34,471 nucleotides of DNA from an uncultured Planctomycetia bacterium (GTDB lineage Bacteria; Omnitrophota; Gorgyraeia; Duberdicusellales; 4484-171): contig CAZNWL010000001.1 of the NCBI GenBank assembly GCA_964577045.1, forward strand, positions 1-34,471, read 5' to 3'. The notes beneath the pieces are model-generated. The model was not told the DNA's origin and did not search any database. It saw only the letters and a program-made list of their open reading frames with translations. This document shows, piece by piece, positions 8,303 to 16,112 of the stretch. Numbering within the stretch: position 1 is the stretch's first letter; every line of letters starts with the position of its first letter. A program made the position numbers and the translations under genes.

Positions 8303-10363
8303 ATGGCTGAAAATATTTTAGTAACCGGAGGCTGCGGTTTTATCGGCTCGCATTTTGTGCGTTACCTTTTGCAAAACAAAGGCAACTGCAACGTATTTAA
8401 TTTGGATAATTTAAGCTACGCCGGAGACGAGGCCCGTTTAAAAGATATCGCTAAAAATAAAAACTATCATTTCGTCAAAGCAGACCTGCGCAATATCGCT
8501 GATATCGAAGAAGTTTTTTCCCATCCCATAGACACGGTTGTGCATTTGGCGGCCGAAAGCCACGTAGACAATTCCATAAAAGACCCTTTTGTTTTTGAAG
8601 AAGTGAATGTCCGGGGCGCGCTTAACCTTTTATCTTGTACCCATAAATATAAGGTAAAGAAATTTGTTCATATCAGCTGCTACGATGAAACTACGAGAGC
8701 TTTAACCATAAAGGGGTTTAAAACCTATAAAGAACTTCGAAAAGGAGATTTAGTTTTTTCTTTGAATCCTCATACGAAAGAGATAGAACTGAAACCAATA
8801 GAGAAAGTTATTATACAAAAATATAAAGGTTCCATGATTCATTTTAATAACAGGAGGATAGATTTGCTCGTAACTCCTAATCATAATATGTTTATTCTTA
8901 ATAGCGCTAGGAAATTAATTAATGAACCAGCTTGGAAGTCGTGCAAGCGCAGCATTTTTTATATGCCTCGGGGGTGCTGGAAAGGTATAGAAAACGAGTC
9001 TTTCTACGTCAAAAGCTATGGGCGAGTAAATACCAATGATTTATTTTATATTCTAGGTATTTTCATAGGGGATGGTTTTACTGCTTATCAGGAAAAAATT
9101 TCTGAGACAATAACCGGATTGTCGCGAAAAAGTTATCTATTGAAAGCAAGAGATAAAATTAGTGGACGGTTCAAATCAATAGTTAGACAAGGGAGTTATA
9201 AGAGCATAAATCGTGGTTATCGCATATTTTTTGATATTCCAGAAAATGATGCGTGCCGGCCGAAAGTAGAAAGAGCTTTATCGCGAATGGGAATTAAATA
9301 TCACGCCCATAAGGGTAAGGCTGGAACCCATTTATATTTTACATCGAGAGCATTTATGAAATTTTTCAATCAATGTGGCCAAGGAGCGGTTAACAAACAT
9401 ATCCCCCACTGGGTTTTGGCTTATTCACAGGAATACTTAAAATATTTGTTTGAAGGGTTGATGGATTCAGATGGAAGCAAAAATCGTATTTATTTTACAG
9501 TTTCACCAATGTTAGTTTCTAATATTGTTGAACTTTCTATGAAATTAGGTTTAAAGCCCAACATTAATAAACGATACTGTATATCTTATATTCGTTCTAG
9601 AAAGATCGAAGGCGAATCTTATTATATTTCCTTTGGGGAGACAGAAAAATCAATCTCTAGGAATCGGATTAGGGAAGTTAATTATGCTGGCGACATTTGG
9701 TGTTTAAAAGTTAAAGATAATAAAAATTTTATTGTTGAGAGGAACGGAAAAATTGATTTTTGTGGAAATACCGATGAAGTCTACGGCGAAATCAAGCAAG
9801 GTAAATTTACCGAAGAGTCTCCTTTGGCGCCGAATTCGCCCTATTCGGCAAGCAAAGCTGCGGCGGATTTTTTGGTCAGGGCTTATGTGCGCACCTATAA
9901 TTTCCCGGCTGTCATTATCCGTCCTTCCAACAATTACGGCCCCTGGCAATATCCCGAAAAGTTTATTCCTGTGGCTATTTCCAGCGTTCTTTCCGATAAG
10001 AAAATCCCGGTTTACGCTCAAGGCTTGAATTGCCGCGAATGGCTTTATGTCACTGACTGCGCCAAAGGTATTGCTTTAGTGATGGATAAGGGCGTAATCG
10101 GCGAAGTTTACAATTTAGGTTCGGGTATGGAAAAAAGAAATATCGATGTAGCCAGAGAAATTCTTAAACTGCTGGGAAAAGAAGAAAACTTCATTGATTT
10201 TGTCACTGACCGGCCAGGGCACGATTTTCGTTACTCGCTGGATTCGTCAAAGATTAAGGCTTTAGGCTTTAGCCCCCAGATGGATTTTCAAACTGGAATC
10301 AAGAATACCGTGGAATGGTATAAAGAAAAAAGGACTTGGACCGAGGAAAAGTTGGGTATTTAG
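8303..10363 (+). CDS. rfbB: dTDP-glucose 4,6-dehydratase precursor interrupted by an in-frame intein (exteins 8303-8677 and 9770-10363)
   Basis: The N-extein carries VTGGCGFIGSH, HLAAESHVD and ends FVHIS. The C-extein resumes with TDEVYGE and carries SPYSASK, RPSNNYGP.Q.PEK and DRPGHD.RY. The joined exteins total 322 aa, a normal RmlB length. Confidence 0.9.
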   Translation: MAENILVTGGCGFIGSHFVRYLLQNKGNCNVFNLDNLSYAGDEARLKDIAKNKNYHFVKADLRNIADIEEVFSHPIDTVVHLAAESHVDNSIKDPFVFEEVNVRGALNLLSCTHKYKVKKFVHISCYDETTRALTIKGFKTYKELRKGDLVFSLNPHTKEIELKPIEKVIIQKYKGSMIHFNNRRIDLLVTPNHNMFILNSARKLINEPAWKSCKRSIFYMPRGCWKGIENESFYVKSYGRVNTNDLFYILGIFIGDGFTAYQEKISETITGLSRKSYLLKARDKISGRFKSIVRQGSYKSINRGYRIFFDIPENDACRPKVERALSRMGIKYHAHKGKAGTHLYFTSRAFMKFFNQCGQGAVNKHIPHWVLAYSQEYLKYLFEGLMDSDGSKNRIYFTVSPMLVSNIVELSMKLGLKPNINKRYCISYIRSRKIEGESYYISFGETEKSISRNRIREVNYAGDIWCLKVKDNKNFIVERNGKIDFCGNTDEVYGEIKQGKFTEESPLAPNSPYSASKAAADFLVRAYVRTYNFPAVIIRPSNNYGPWQYPEKFIPVAISSVLSDKKIPVYAQGLNCREWLYVTDCAKGIALVMDKGVIGEVYNLGSGMEKRNIDVAREILKLLGKEENFIDFVTDRPGHDFRYSLDSSKIKALGFSPQMDFQTGIKNTVEWYKEKRTWTEEKLGI
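8678..9769 (+). mobile_element. Intein (364 aa) with a LAGLIDADG homing-endonuclease domain, inserted in rfbB
   Basis: It starts with Cys (CYDETTRALT) and has a TxxH block (LLVTPNH). The two dodecapeptide motifs are LGIFIGDGF and LFEGLMDSDGS. It ends IVERNGKIDFCGN, followed by Thr at +1. The insert is AT-rich: I counted 19/60 GC at 8821-8880 versus 30/60 at 9841-9900. Confidence 0.85.
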
Positions 10364-10366
10364 TTT

Positions 10367-11314
10367 ATGGAAAAAACAGCCAGAATTTATATTGCCGGGC
10401 ATTCGGGTTTAATCGGACAGGCCTTGGTGCGCCAATGCAAAGCCAGCGGTTACCATAATCTTTTATTCAGGAGCCATAAGGAGCTGGATCTTAAGCGCGG
10501 GCAAGATGTGGAGGATTTTTTTAAGCAAGAACAGCCCGAATACGTGGTTTTGGCCGCGGCCAGAGTCGGCGGGATTAAGGCCAACTCTAGTTTCCCGGGC
10601 GAATTTATCTATGAAAATTTAGCTATTCAAACCAATGTCATTCATTCAGCTTATTTATGCAAAGTCAAAAAACTTCTCTTTTTCGGGACGGCTTGCAGTT
10701 ATCCCAGAGAGGCCAAACAGCCGCTCAAAGAGGAATATCTGTTCAGCGGAAAATTAGAGCCGACCAATGAGGCTTATGCTGTAGCTAAGCTGGCCGGTAT
10801 GAAGATGATTGAGGCTTACCATAACCAATACGGAATAAATTTTATTTCGGCGCTTTTGACTAATGCTTATGGTTTAGACGACCGTTTTGATTCTCCTGAT
10901 GCGCACGTTATCCCGGCTTTATTGAAAAGGTTTCACCAGGCTAAAGTTTTAAGAGAGCCAATAGTATCTATTTGGGGCTCTGGCCGTCCTCAAAGAGAGT
11001 TCATCTTTGCTGATGATGCTGCCGGAGCAGTAATTTTTTTGATGAATAATTATGACCGCCCAGAAGTGATTAATGTCGGCACCGGACAAAGCACATCGAT
11101 AAAAGAGTTGGCAGAAATAATTAAAACAGTGGTGGGTTATACGGGGGAAGTTAAATTTGACACCTCCAAGCCGGACGGAGCGCCTTGTAAAGTTTTAGAT
11201 GTTTCTAAATTATCCCGCCTTGGCTGGCAGGCAGAAACTTCTTTAAGACAGGGCTTGGAGCAAACTTATAGCTATTATCTTAAACAGTTAGAGGAGGCAG
11301 CGATAGCCAAATGA
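10367..11314 (+). CDS. fcl: GDP-L-fucose synthase (GDP-4-keto-6-deoxymannose 3,5-epimerase/4-reductase)
   Basis: IYIAGHSGLIG, LAAARVGGI.AN, GTACSYP, EPTNEAYAVAK and HVIPALL are typical Fcl/WcaG motifs. It is adjacent to a Gmd-like gene. Confidence 0.8.
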   Translation: MEKTARIYIAGHSGLIGQALVRQCKASGYHNLLFRSHKELDLKRGQDVEDFFKQEQPEYVVLAAARVGGIKANSSFPGEFIYENLAIQTNVIHSAYLCKVKKLLFFGTACSYPREAKQPLKEEYLFSGKLEPTNEAYAVAKLAGMKMIEAYHNQYGINFISALLTNAYGLDDRFDSPDAHVIPALLKRFHQAKVLREPIVSIWGSGRPQREFIFADDAAGAVIFLMNNYDRPEVINVGTGQSTSIKELAEIIKTVVGYTGEVKFDTSKPDGAPCKVLDVSKLSRLGWQAETSLRQGLEQTYSYYLKQLEEAAIAK

Positions 11315-12291
11315 AAGTATTAATTACCGGAATTACCGGGTTTGTGGGCAGCCACTTGGCAGATTATATTTTAGCCGAGCAAAAAGGCACGGAAATTGTA
11401 GGTTTGGTGCGCTGGCGCTCGCCGGCGGATAATGTCCGGCATCTGCAAGGCAAAGTTACACTTTGTTTCGGGGATTTACTGGATTTGCCTTCTTTACGCA
11501 GTTTATTAGCTAAGCACCGGCCAGAAATTATTTTCCACCTGGCTGCCCAAAGCTACGTTGACTTTAGTTTTATCGCGCCGGTAGCTACTCTAGAGGCTAA
11601 TGTGATTGGAACCTGTAACCTTTTAGAGGCAGTTAAAGAGTTAAAATTCAGTTCGGGCTATGACCCAGTAATGCATATTTGTAGCAGTTCGGAAGTTTAT
11701 GGCCAGGTTAAAGAAAACGAAGTCCCTATCACCGAAAATAATCCTTTCCGGCCGGCTTCGCCCTATGCGGTGAGCAAAGTAGCCGAGGATATGCTGGCTG
11801 CGCAATATTGGCTCTCTTGGAAAATCAAAACTATAAGGACGAGGATGTTTACTCACACCGGCCCTCGTCGAGGAGAGTTTTTCGCCGAATCTAATTTTGC
11901 CAAACAGATTGCCGAAATAGAAGCCGGGCTGAAACCCCCGGTGGTCAAGGTCGGTAATTTAAACAGTTTGCGCACCTTTACCGATGTGCGTGATGCAGTC
12001 AGGGCGTATTGGCTTTTAGCCACTAAATGCCCTGCCGGCGAAGTTTACAATATCGGCGGGACAGAAACCATGTTGGTCGGCGAAATGCTGAATAAACTGC
12101 TTAAACTTTCCACACGCAATGATATCAAGATAGAAGTTGACCCGGCGCGATTGCGGCCTTCGGATGTAACTTTACAGATTCCTTCTACGGAGAAATTTCA
12201 TCAAGCCACGGGCTGGAAGCCGGTGATTAAGTTTGAGCAAACCCTTAAGGATTGCCTGGACTACTGGCGCAAATTTTACGGGAGAAGCTGA
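11311..12291 (+). CDS. gmd: GDP-mannose 4,6-dehydratase family enzyme (short Gmd/Rmd type)
   Basis: ITGITGFVGSH, HLAAQSYVD.SF, SSSEVYG, SPYAVSK and FTHTGPRRGE.F match the family. It overlaps the fcl stop (ATGA). Confidence 0.65.
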   Translation: MKVLITGITGFVGSHLADYILAEQKGTEIVGLVRWRSPADNVRHLQGKVTLCFGDLLDLPSLRSLLAKHRPEIIFHLAAQSYVDFSFIAPVATLEANVIGTCNLLEAVKELKFSSGYDPVMHICSSSEVYGQVKENEVPITENNPFRPASPYAVSKVAEDMLAAQYWLSWKIKTIRTRMFTHTGPRRGEFFAESNFAKQIAEIEAGLKPPVVKVGNLNSLRTFTDVRDAVRAYWLLATKCPAGEVYNIGGTETMLVGEMLNKLLKLSTRNDIKIEVDPARLRPSDVTLQIPSTEKFHQATGWKPVIKFEQTLKDCLDYWRKFYGRS

Positions 12292-13280
12292 TGCTGGAAG
12301 AAAATACAGTAACTCTTAAAGAAAAAAGAATTTTAAACCTTAACTTATATAGAAAGCTTTATCTGGCCAGAACGAGCGAGGAAAAAATCATTGAGCATTA
12401 CCCTGCCAATAAGATGAAGACGCCCATGCATATGTCCATGGGTTCAGAAGCTATCGCCTGCGGAGTATGCCAGGCTCTCGCTAAAGAGGACCAGATTTTC
12501 GGCACTTACCGCTCGCATGCTATTTATCTGGCTAAAACCGGAGATATTGACGGTTTTTTCGCTGAAATGTACGGAAAAGACAGCTCAATTATTAAGGGTA
12601 AAGGCGGCTCCATGCATTTGTGCTGCCCGGAATACGGATTCCTGGGGAGTTCAGCCATAGTCGGCAGCGCTATCGCAGTTGCCGTAGGCGCAAGCTTTGC
12701 CAATAAAAGAGCCGAGAATAATAGAATTGTGGCGGTATTTTTCGGTGACGGGGCCACGGACGAAGGCGCTTTTTGGGAAAGCCTAAACCTTGCCTGTTTA
12801 ATGAAACTGCCGATTTTATTTATTTGCGAAGATAACGGTTTGGCTATCCAAACCCGGCCGGCTACGCGCTGCGGTTATAATTCCATTACCGATATTGTTG
12901 CAAAATTTAACTGTAATGTATTTAAAGAGAAGAGCACGGACGCCGAAATTATTTACGAATTGGCTGCTACGGCAATTGAAAAAATGCGTTCTAACCAGAT
13001 GCCCTGCTTTTTGCATTTAAGGTATTACCGTTATTTAGAGCATGTGGGCATAAACAAAGATTTTCATCTGGGATACCGTTCCCAGGAAGAATTTGAAGAG
13101 TGGCTGAAAGCAGACCCGGTAAAAATTCAGAGAGAAAAGCTTCTAGCTTTAGAATACAGCGATGCAGAGTTAAAGAAGCTGGAAAAAGATATTGAAGACA
13201 GGATAAATAAAAGTATAGAGAAAGCGGACAAGGCTCCTTTCTGCTCTGAAGATGAAGCTCATAGAGGAGTATTCGGATGA
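12291..13280 (+). CDS. Thiamine-diphosphate-dependent dehydrogenase E1 alpha-like subunit
   Basis: YRSH, GKGGSMH and the TPP-binding GDGATDEG...ICEDNG motif are present. I prefer the ATG at 12291 over 12252, because its A is the last base of the gmd TGA stop (TGATG overlap). Confidence 0.75.
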   Translation: MLEENTVTLKEKRILNLNLYRKLYLARTSEEKIIEHYPANKMKTPMHMSMGSEAIACGVCQALAKEDQIFGTYRSHAIYLAKTGDIDGFFAEMYGKDSSIIKGKGGSMHLCCPEYGFLGSSAIVGSAIAVAVGASFANKRAENNRIVAVFFGDGATDEGAFWESLNLACLMKLPILFICEDNGLAIQTRPATRCGYNSITDIVAKFNCNVFKEKSTDAEIIYELAATAIEKMRSNQMPCFLHLRYYRYLEHVGINKDFHLGYRSQEEFEEWLKADPVKIQREKLLALEYSDAELKKLEKDIEDRINKSIEKADKAPFCSEDEAHRGVFG

Positions 13281-14314
13281 GGAAGATTACTTATTGCGAA
13301 GCCGTCAAAGAAGCCATGGCCCAGGAGATGGAAAGAGATTCCCGGGTTTTTGTCTACGGCTTGGGCACGCCTGATTTGGGAGTTTTTGGCAGCACTGTGG
13401 GGTTAGAGAAAAGGTTCGGCTCTGCGCGCTGTTTTGATACGCCGATTTCCGAAGACAGCATGGTCGGCTTTGGCCTGGGCGCGGCGATTAACGGCCTGCG
13501 GCCGATTCATGTGCATATCCGTATGGATTTTCTGCTTCTGGCGATGAATCAGCTGGCGAATATGGTTTCCAGCTTCCGTTATTTATCCGGAGGAAAAATC
13601 GATGTGCCTTTGGTGATACGCGCAGTCATCGGAAGGGGCTGGGGCCAGGGCTGCCAGCACAGCAAGAGCGCTTATGCTTCGTTTGCCCATATCCCGGGTT
13701 TAAAATTAGTGATGCCGACTACGCCGCGCGACGCTAAAGGGCTGCTTATTTCAGCTATTCGCGACAATAATCCGGTAATTTGTGTGGAGCACCGCTGGCT
13801 GTATTGGCAGGAAGGCGAAGTGCCCGAGGAGCCTTTTGCTATTCCCATAGGAGAATCAAATGTTTTACACCAGGGAAAAGATATTACCATTATCGCTATT
13901 TCCTGGATGAACGTAGAAGCGCTTAAGGCAGCAGAAATTTTAGCGAAAAGAGGAATCAGCGTGGAGATAGTTGACCCCCGGACAATTTCTCCGTTCAATG
14001 AAGATATAGCGGTTAAATCAGTGGAGAAGACCGGTTATTGTATTGTAGCTGACAATGACTGGCTGCATTGCGGCTTCAGCGCCGAAATAGCGGCGCGGAT
14101 TTCCGAAAAATGTTTTGGCAAATTAAAATATCCGGTGCAGAGAATCGGTTTTGCTCCTACTCCCTGCCCTACAGCCAGGCATTTAGAGAACGAGTTTTAT
14201 CCTAACGCAGCCAAGATTATCCGTGCGGTGGAGAAAATGCTGGATTTAAGCCCTGCGGATTTAGAAGGAGAAGAGTTTTACAGCCACGAAAAGAGGTTCA
14301 AAGGCCCTTTCTAA
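13277..14314 (+). CDS. Thiamine-diphosphate-dependent dehydrogenase E1 beta-like subunit (transketolase-like pyrimidine-binding and C-terminal domains)
   Basis: R.FDTPISE....G.G.GAA..G.RP, the HS/PGLK.V.P...DAKGLL region and a C-terminal transketolase-like domain are present. The start overlaps the alpha subunit stop. Confidence 0.8.
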   Translation: MRKITYCEAVKEAMAQEMERDSRVFVYGLGTPDLGVFGSTVGLEKRFGSARCFDTPISEDSMVGFGLGAAINGLRPIHVHIRMDFLLLAMNQLANMVSSFRYLSGGKIDVPLVIRAVIGRGWGQGCQHSKSAYASFAHIPGLKLVMPTTPRDAKGLLISAIRDNNPVICVEHRWLYWQEGEVPEEPFAIPIGESNVLHQGKDITIIAISWMNVEALKAAEILAKRGISVEIVDPRTISPFNEDIAVKSVEKTGYCIVADNDWLHCGFSAEIAARISEKCFGKLKYPVQRIGFAPTPCPTARHLENEFYPNAAKIIRAVEKMLDLSPADLEGEEFYSHEKRFKGPF

Positions 14315-14326
14315 TTAAAAAAAGCT

Positions 14327-15112
14327 ATGGATTTAGGATTAAAAGGAAAATTTGCTTTAGTCACTGGCGCAAGCCAAGGTATCGGCCGCGCTATTGCTTT
14401 AGCCCTGGCCAAAGAGGGCTGCAATGTCGCTATTTGCGCCCGCCAGCAGGAAAAATTAGAGAGCGTGGTTAAAGAGATAAAGAAAAAAAATGTTTCGGCT
14501 TTAGGATTGCCTTGCGACGTGACGAACCTTTCCGATATTGATAAAACAGTTAAGGCAGCAGCCAATAAATTTAAAACTTTGCATATTCTGGTTAACAATG
14601 CCGGCGGCGGCGGAAGATGGGGCGATGAAGATATCACCAAAACTAAAGACGAAGTCTGGGAAGAAGTTTTCGCCAAAAATGCTTTAGCGGCTGCCCGTTT
14701 TACCGCCAGGGTTTTACCTTATATGCAGAAACAAAAATGGGGCAGAGTAGTTACCAATAGTTCTATAGCCGCCTTGGAAGGTCCGGTCAGGCCTTGGTAT
14801 GGTATGGCTAAATCCGCGGAAATCAGCCTGATGAAAAATCTAGCGATGAAACCTGAACTTTCCGGCTGTGGCATAACTTTTAACACTATTTGCCCGGGCG
14901 CAATTATGGTTCCGGATACGGGCTGGGATTTGGAAAGGAAAAAAAATCCTAAAAAGTTTAAGCAGTGGGCGAAGGCGCATTTTCCTTTAGGCCGGCCGGG
15001 AACGCCCGAAGAAGTTGCAAGTTTAGTTGTTTTTATTTGCTCGGAACAGGCTGGATATTTAAACGGAGCAGCTATTGCCATTGACGGCGCAGAATCCCGA
15101 AGCTACCGATGA
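14327..15112 (+). CDS. Classical short-chain dehydrogenase/reductase (FabG-like)
   Basis: VTGASQGIGRAIA, NNAG, the catalytic YGMAK and a C-terminal G..I..DG motif are present. Confidence 0.8.
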   Translation: MDLGLKGKFALVTGASQGIGRAIALALAKEGCNVAICARQQEKLESVVKEIKKKNVSALGLPCDVTNLSDIDKTVKAAANKFKTLHILVNNAGGGGRWGDEDITKTKDEVWEEVFAKNALAAARFTARVLPYMQKQKWGRVVTNSSIAALEGPVRPWYGMAKSAEISLMKNLAMKPELSGCGITFNTICPGAIMVPDTGWDLERKKNPKKFKQWAKAHFPLGRPGTPEEVASLVVFICSEQAGYLNGAAIAIDGAESRSYR

Positions 15113-16110
15113 TAGAAGATAAAGTTTTAAAAAGTTTTTCCGGCAAAATTTGCCTGGTCACCGGCGGAACCGGATTAATCGGCAGACAGGTGGTGGATAT
15201 TTTAGTTTCTGCCGGGGCCAAGGTGAAAATTGTTTCTCTGGATAAGCTGAAAGTTAATTCTGCGGCCGAACATATCCTGGGCGACCTTTCAGATTTTAGC
15301 TTTTGTAAAACTTTGACTAAAGATATGGATTTTGTTTTTCACGTCGCTGGCATCGGAGCTTCGGTAAAAGCGGCCAAAGCTAAAATTGCCAGCCATTTCG
15401 TGCCGATGTTGATGATGAATACCAATATTCTGGAAGCTTGCCGCTTGAATAAAGTTAAAAAAATAGTCTATACCAGCTCCGTAGGCGCTTATGCTCCGGC
15501 GGAGATTTTTAAAGAGTCAGAGTATAAATTAGCCAGCGAGCCTATGGATTTTGCCGGCTGGGCCAAGCGCATGGCTGAAGCGCAAATCCACGCTTATAAA
15601 ACGGAATACGGCTTAGATAATTTTGCCATTGTGCGGCCTTCTAATGTTTACGGCCCCGGAGACAATTTTCATCCGGAAAATTCCTTGGTCATACCTTCAT
15701 TGATATACCGCATCTACCACAAAGAAGATCCCTTAGTGGTTTGGGGAGACGGCTCGGCAGTGAGAGATTTTGTTTTCAGCCGCGATGCGGCCGAAGGGAT
15801 TATTCTGGCTTTATATTATGGCACCGGCGCAGGATTTGTGAACTTAGGCAGCGGAAAACCCGTATCCATTAAAGAGTTGGTAGAAACATTAAGGTCATTT
15901 ATCGATTTTAACTATGTCTTTGACGCAAAAAAGCCTAAAGGCGCGGATAAAAGAATTATGGATTTAACTAAAGCCAAAGAGCTTATTCACTATGAGCCTT
16001 CTACCAGCTTAAAAGAAGGTTTAAAAAAGACTTGGGAGTGGTTTATCGCTCATCCGGATGAACACACCAAAAAGATGAATTATTTCCAAGAAACTTTGGC
16101 GGCGAAATAA
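15109..16110 (+). CDS. Divergent NAD-dependent epimerase/dehydratase-fold protein (extended SDR)
   Basis: VTGGTGLIG, YTSSVGAY and VRPSNVYGPGDNF are present. By eye, the canonical YxxxK is not obvious; the aligned region reads FAGWAK. Confidence 0.7.
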   Translation: MIEDKVLKSFSGKICLVTGGTGLIGRQVVDILVSAGAKVKIVSLDKLKVNSAAEHILGDLSDFSFCKTLTKDMDFVFHVAGIGASVKAAKAKIASHFVPMLMMNTNILEACRLNKVKKIVYTSSVGAYAPAEIFKESEYKLASEPMDFAGWAKRMAEAQIHAYKTEYGLDNFAIVRPSNVYGPGDNFHPENSLVIPSLIYRIYHKEDPLVVWGDGSAVRDFVFSRDAAEGIILALYYGTGAGFVNLGSGKPVSIKELVETLRSFIDFNYVFDAKKPKGADKRIMDLTKAKELIHYEPSTSLKEGLKKTWEWFIAHPDEHTKKMNYFQETLAAK

Positions 16111-16112
16111 AG

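Noticed and set aside
8303-10363. The possibility that the oversized rfbB ORF is a gene fusion, pseudogene or assembly chimera
   Set aside because: The reading frame is continuous. The insert is bounded exactly by Cys1 and Asn followed by Thr+1. The flanks rejoin into an uninterrupted conserved motif (HIS-TDEVYG). This is the signature of an intein rather than a fusion or frameshift.
12291-14314. Interpreting the split TPP enzyme as a phosphonopyruvate decarboxylase (phosphonate glycan decoration)
   Set aside because: There is no PEP mutase or aminoethylphosphonate transaminase signature in the window. The beta subunit also has the full transketolase-like E1 beta architecture rather than the decarboxylase layout. 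A search should still confirm this.
14482-14489. A8 and similar poly-A runs inside coding regions (14482-14489, around 14938-14945) as slippage or frameshift sites
   Set aside because: They simply encode Lys-rich stretches (KKK) in an AT-leaning genome. The frames are intact, and no alternative-frame product is apparent.
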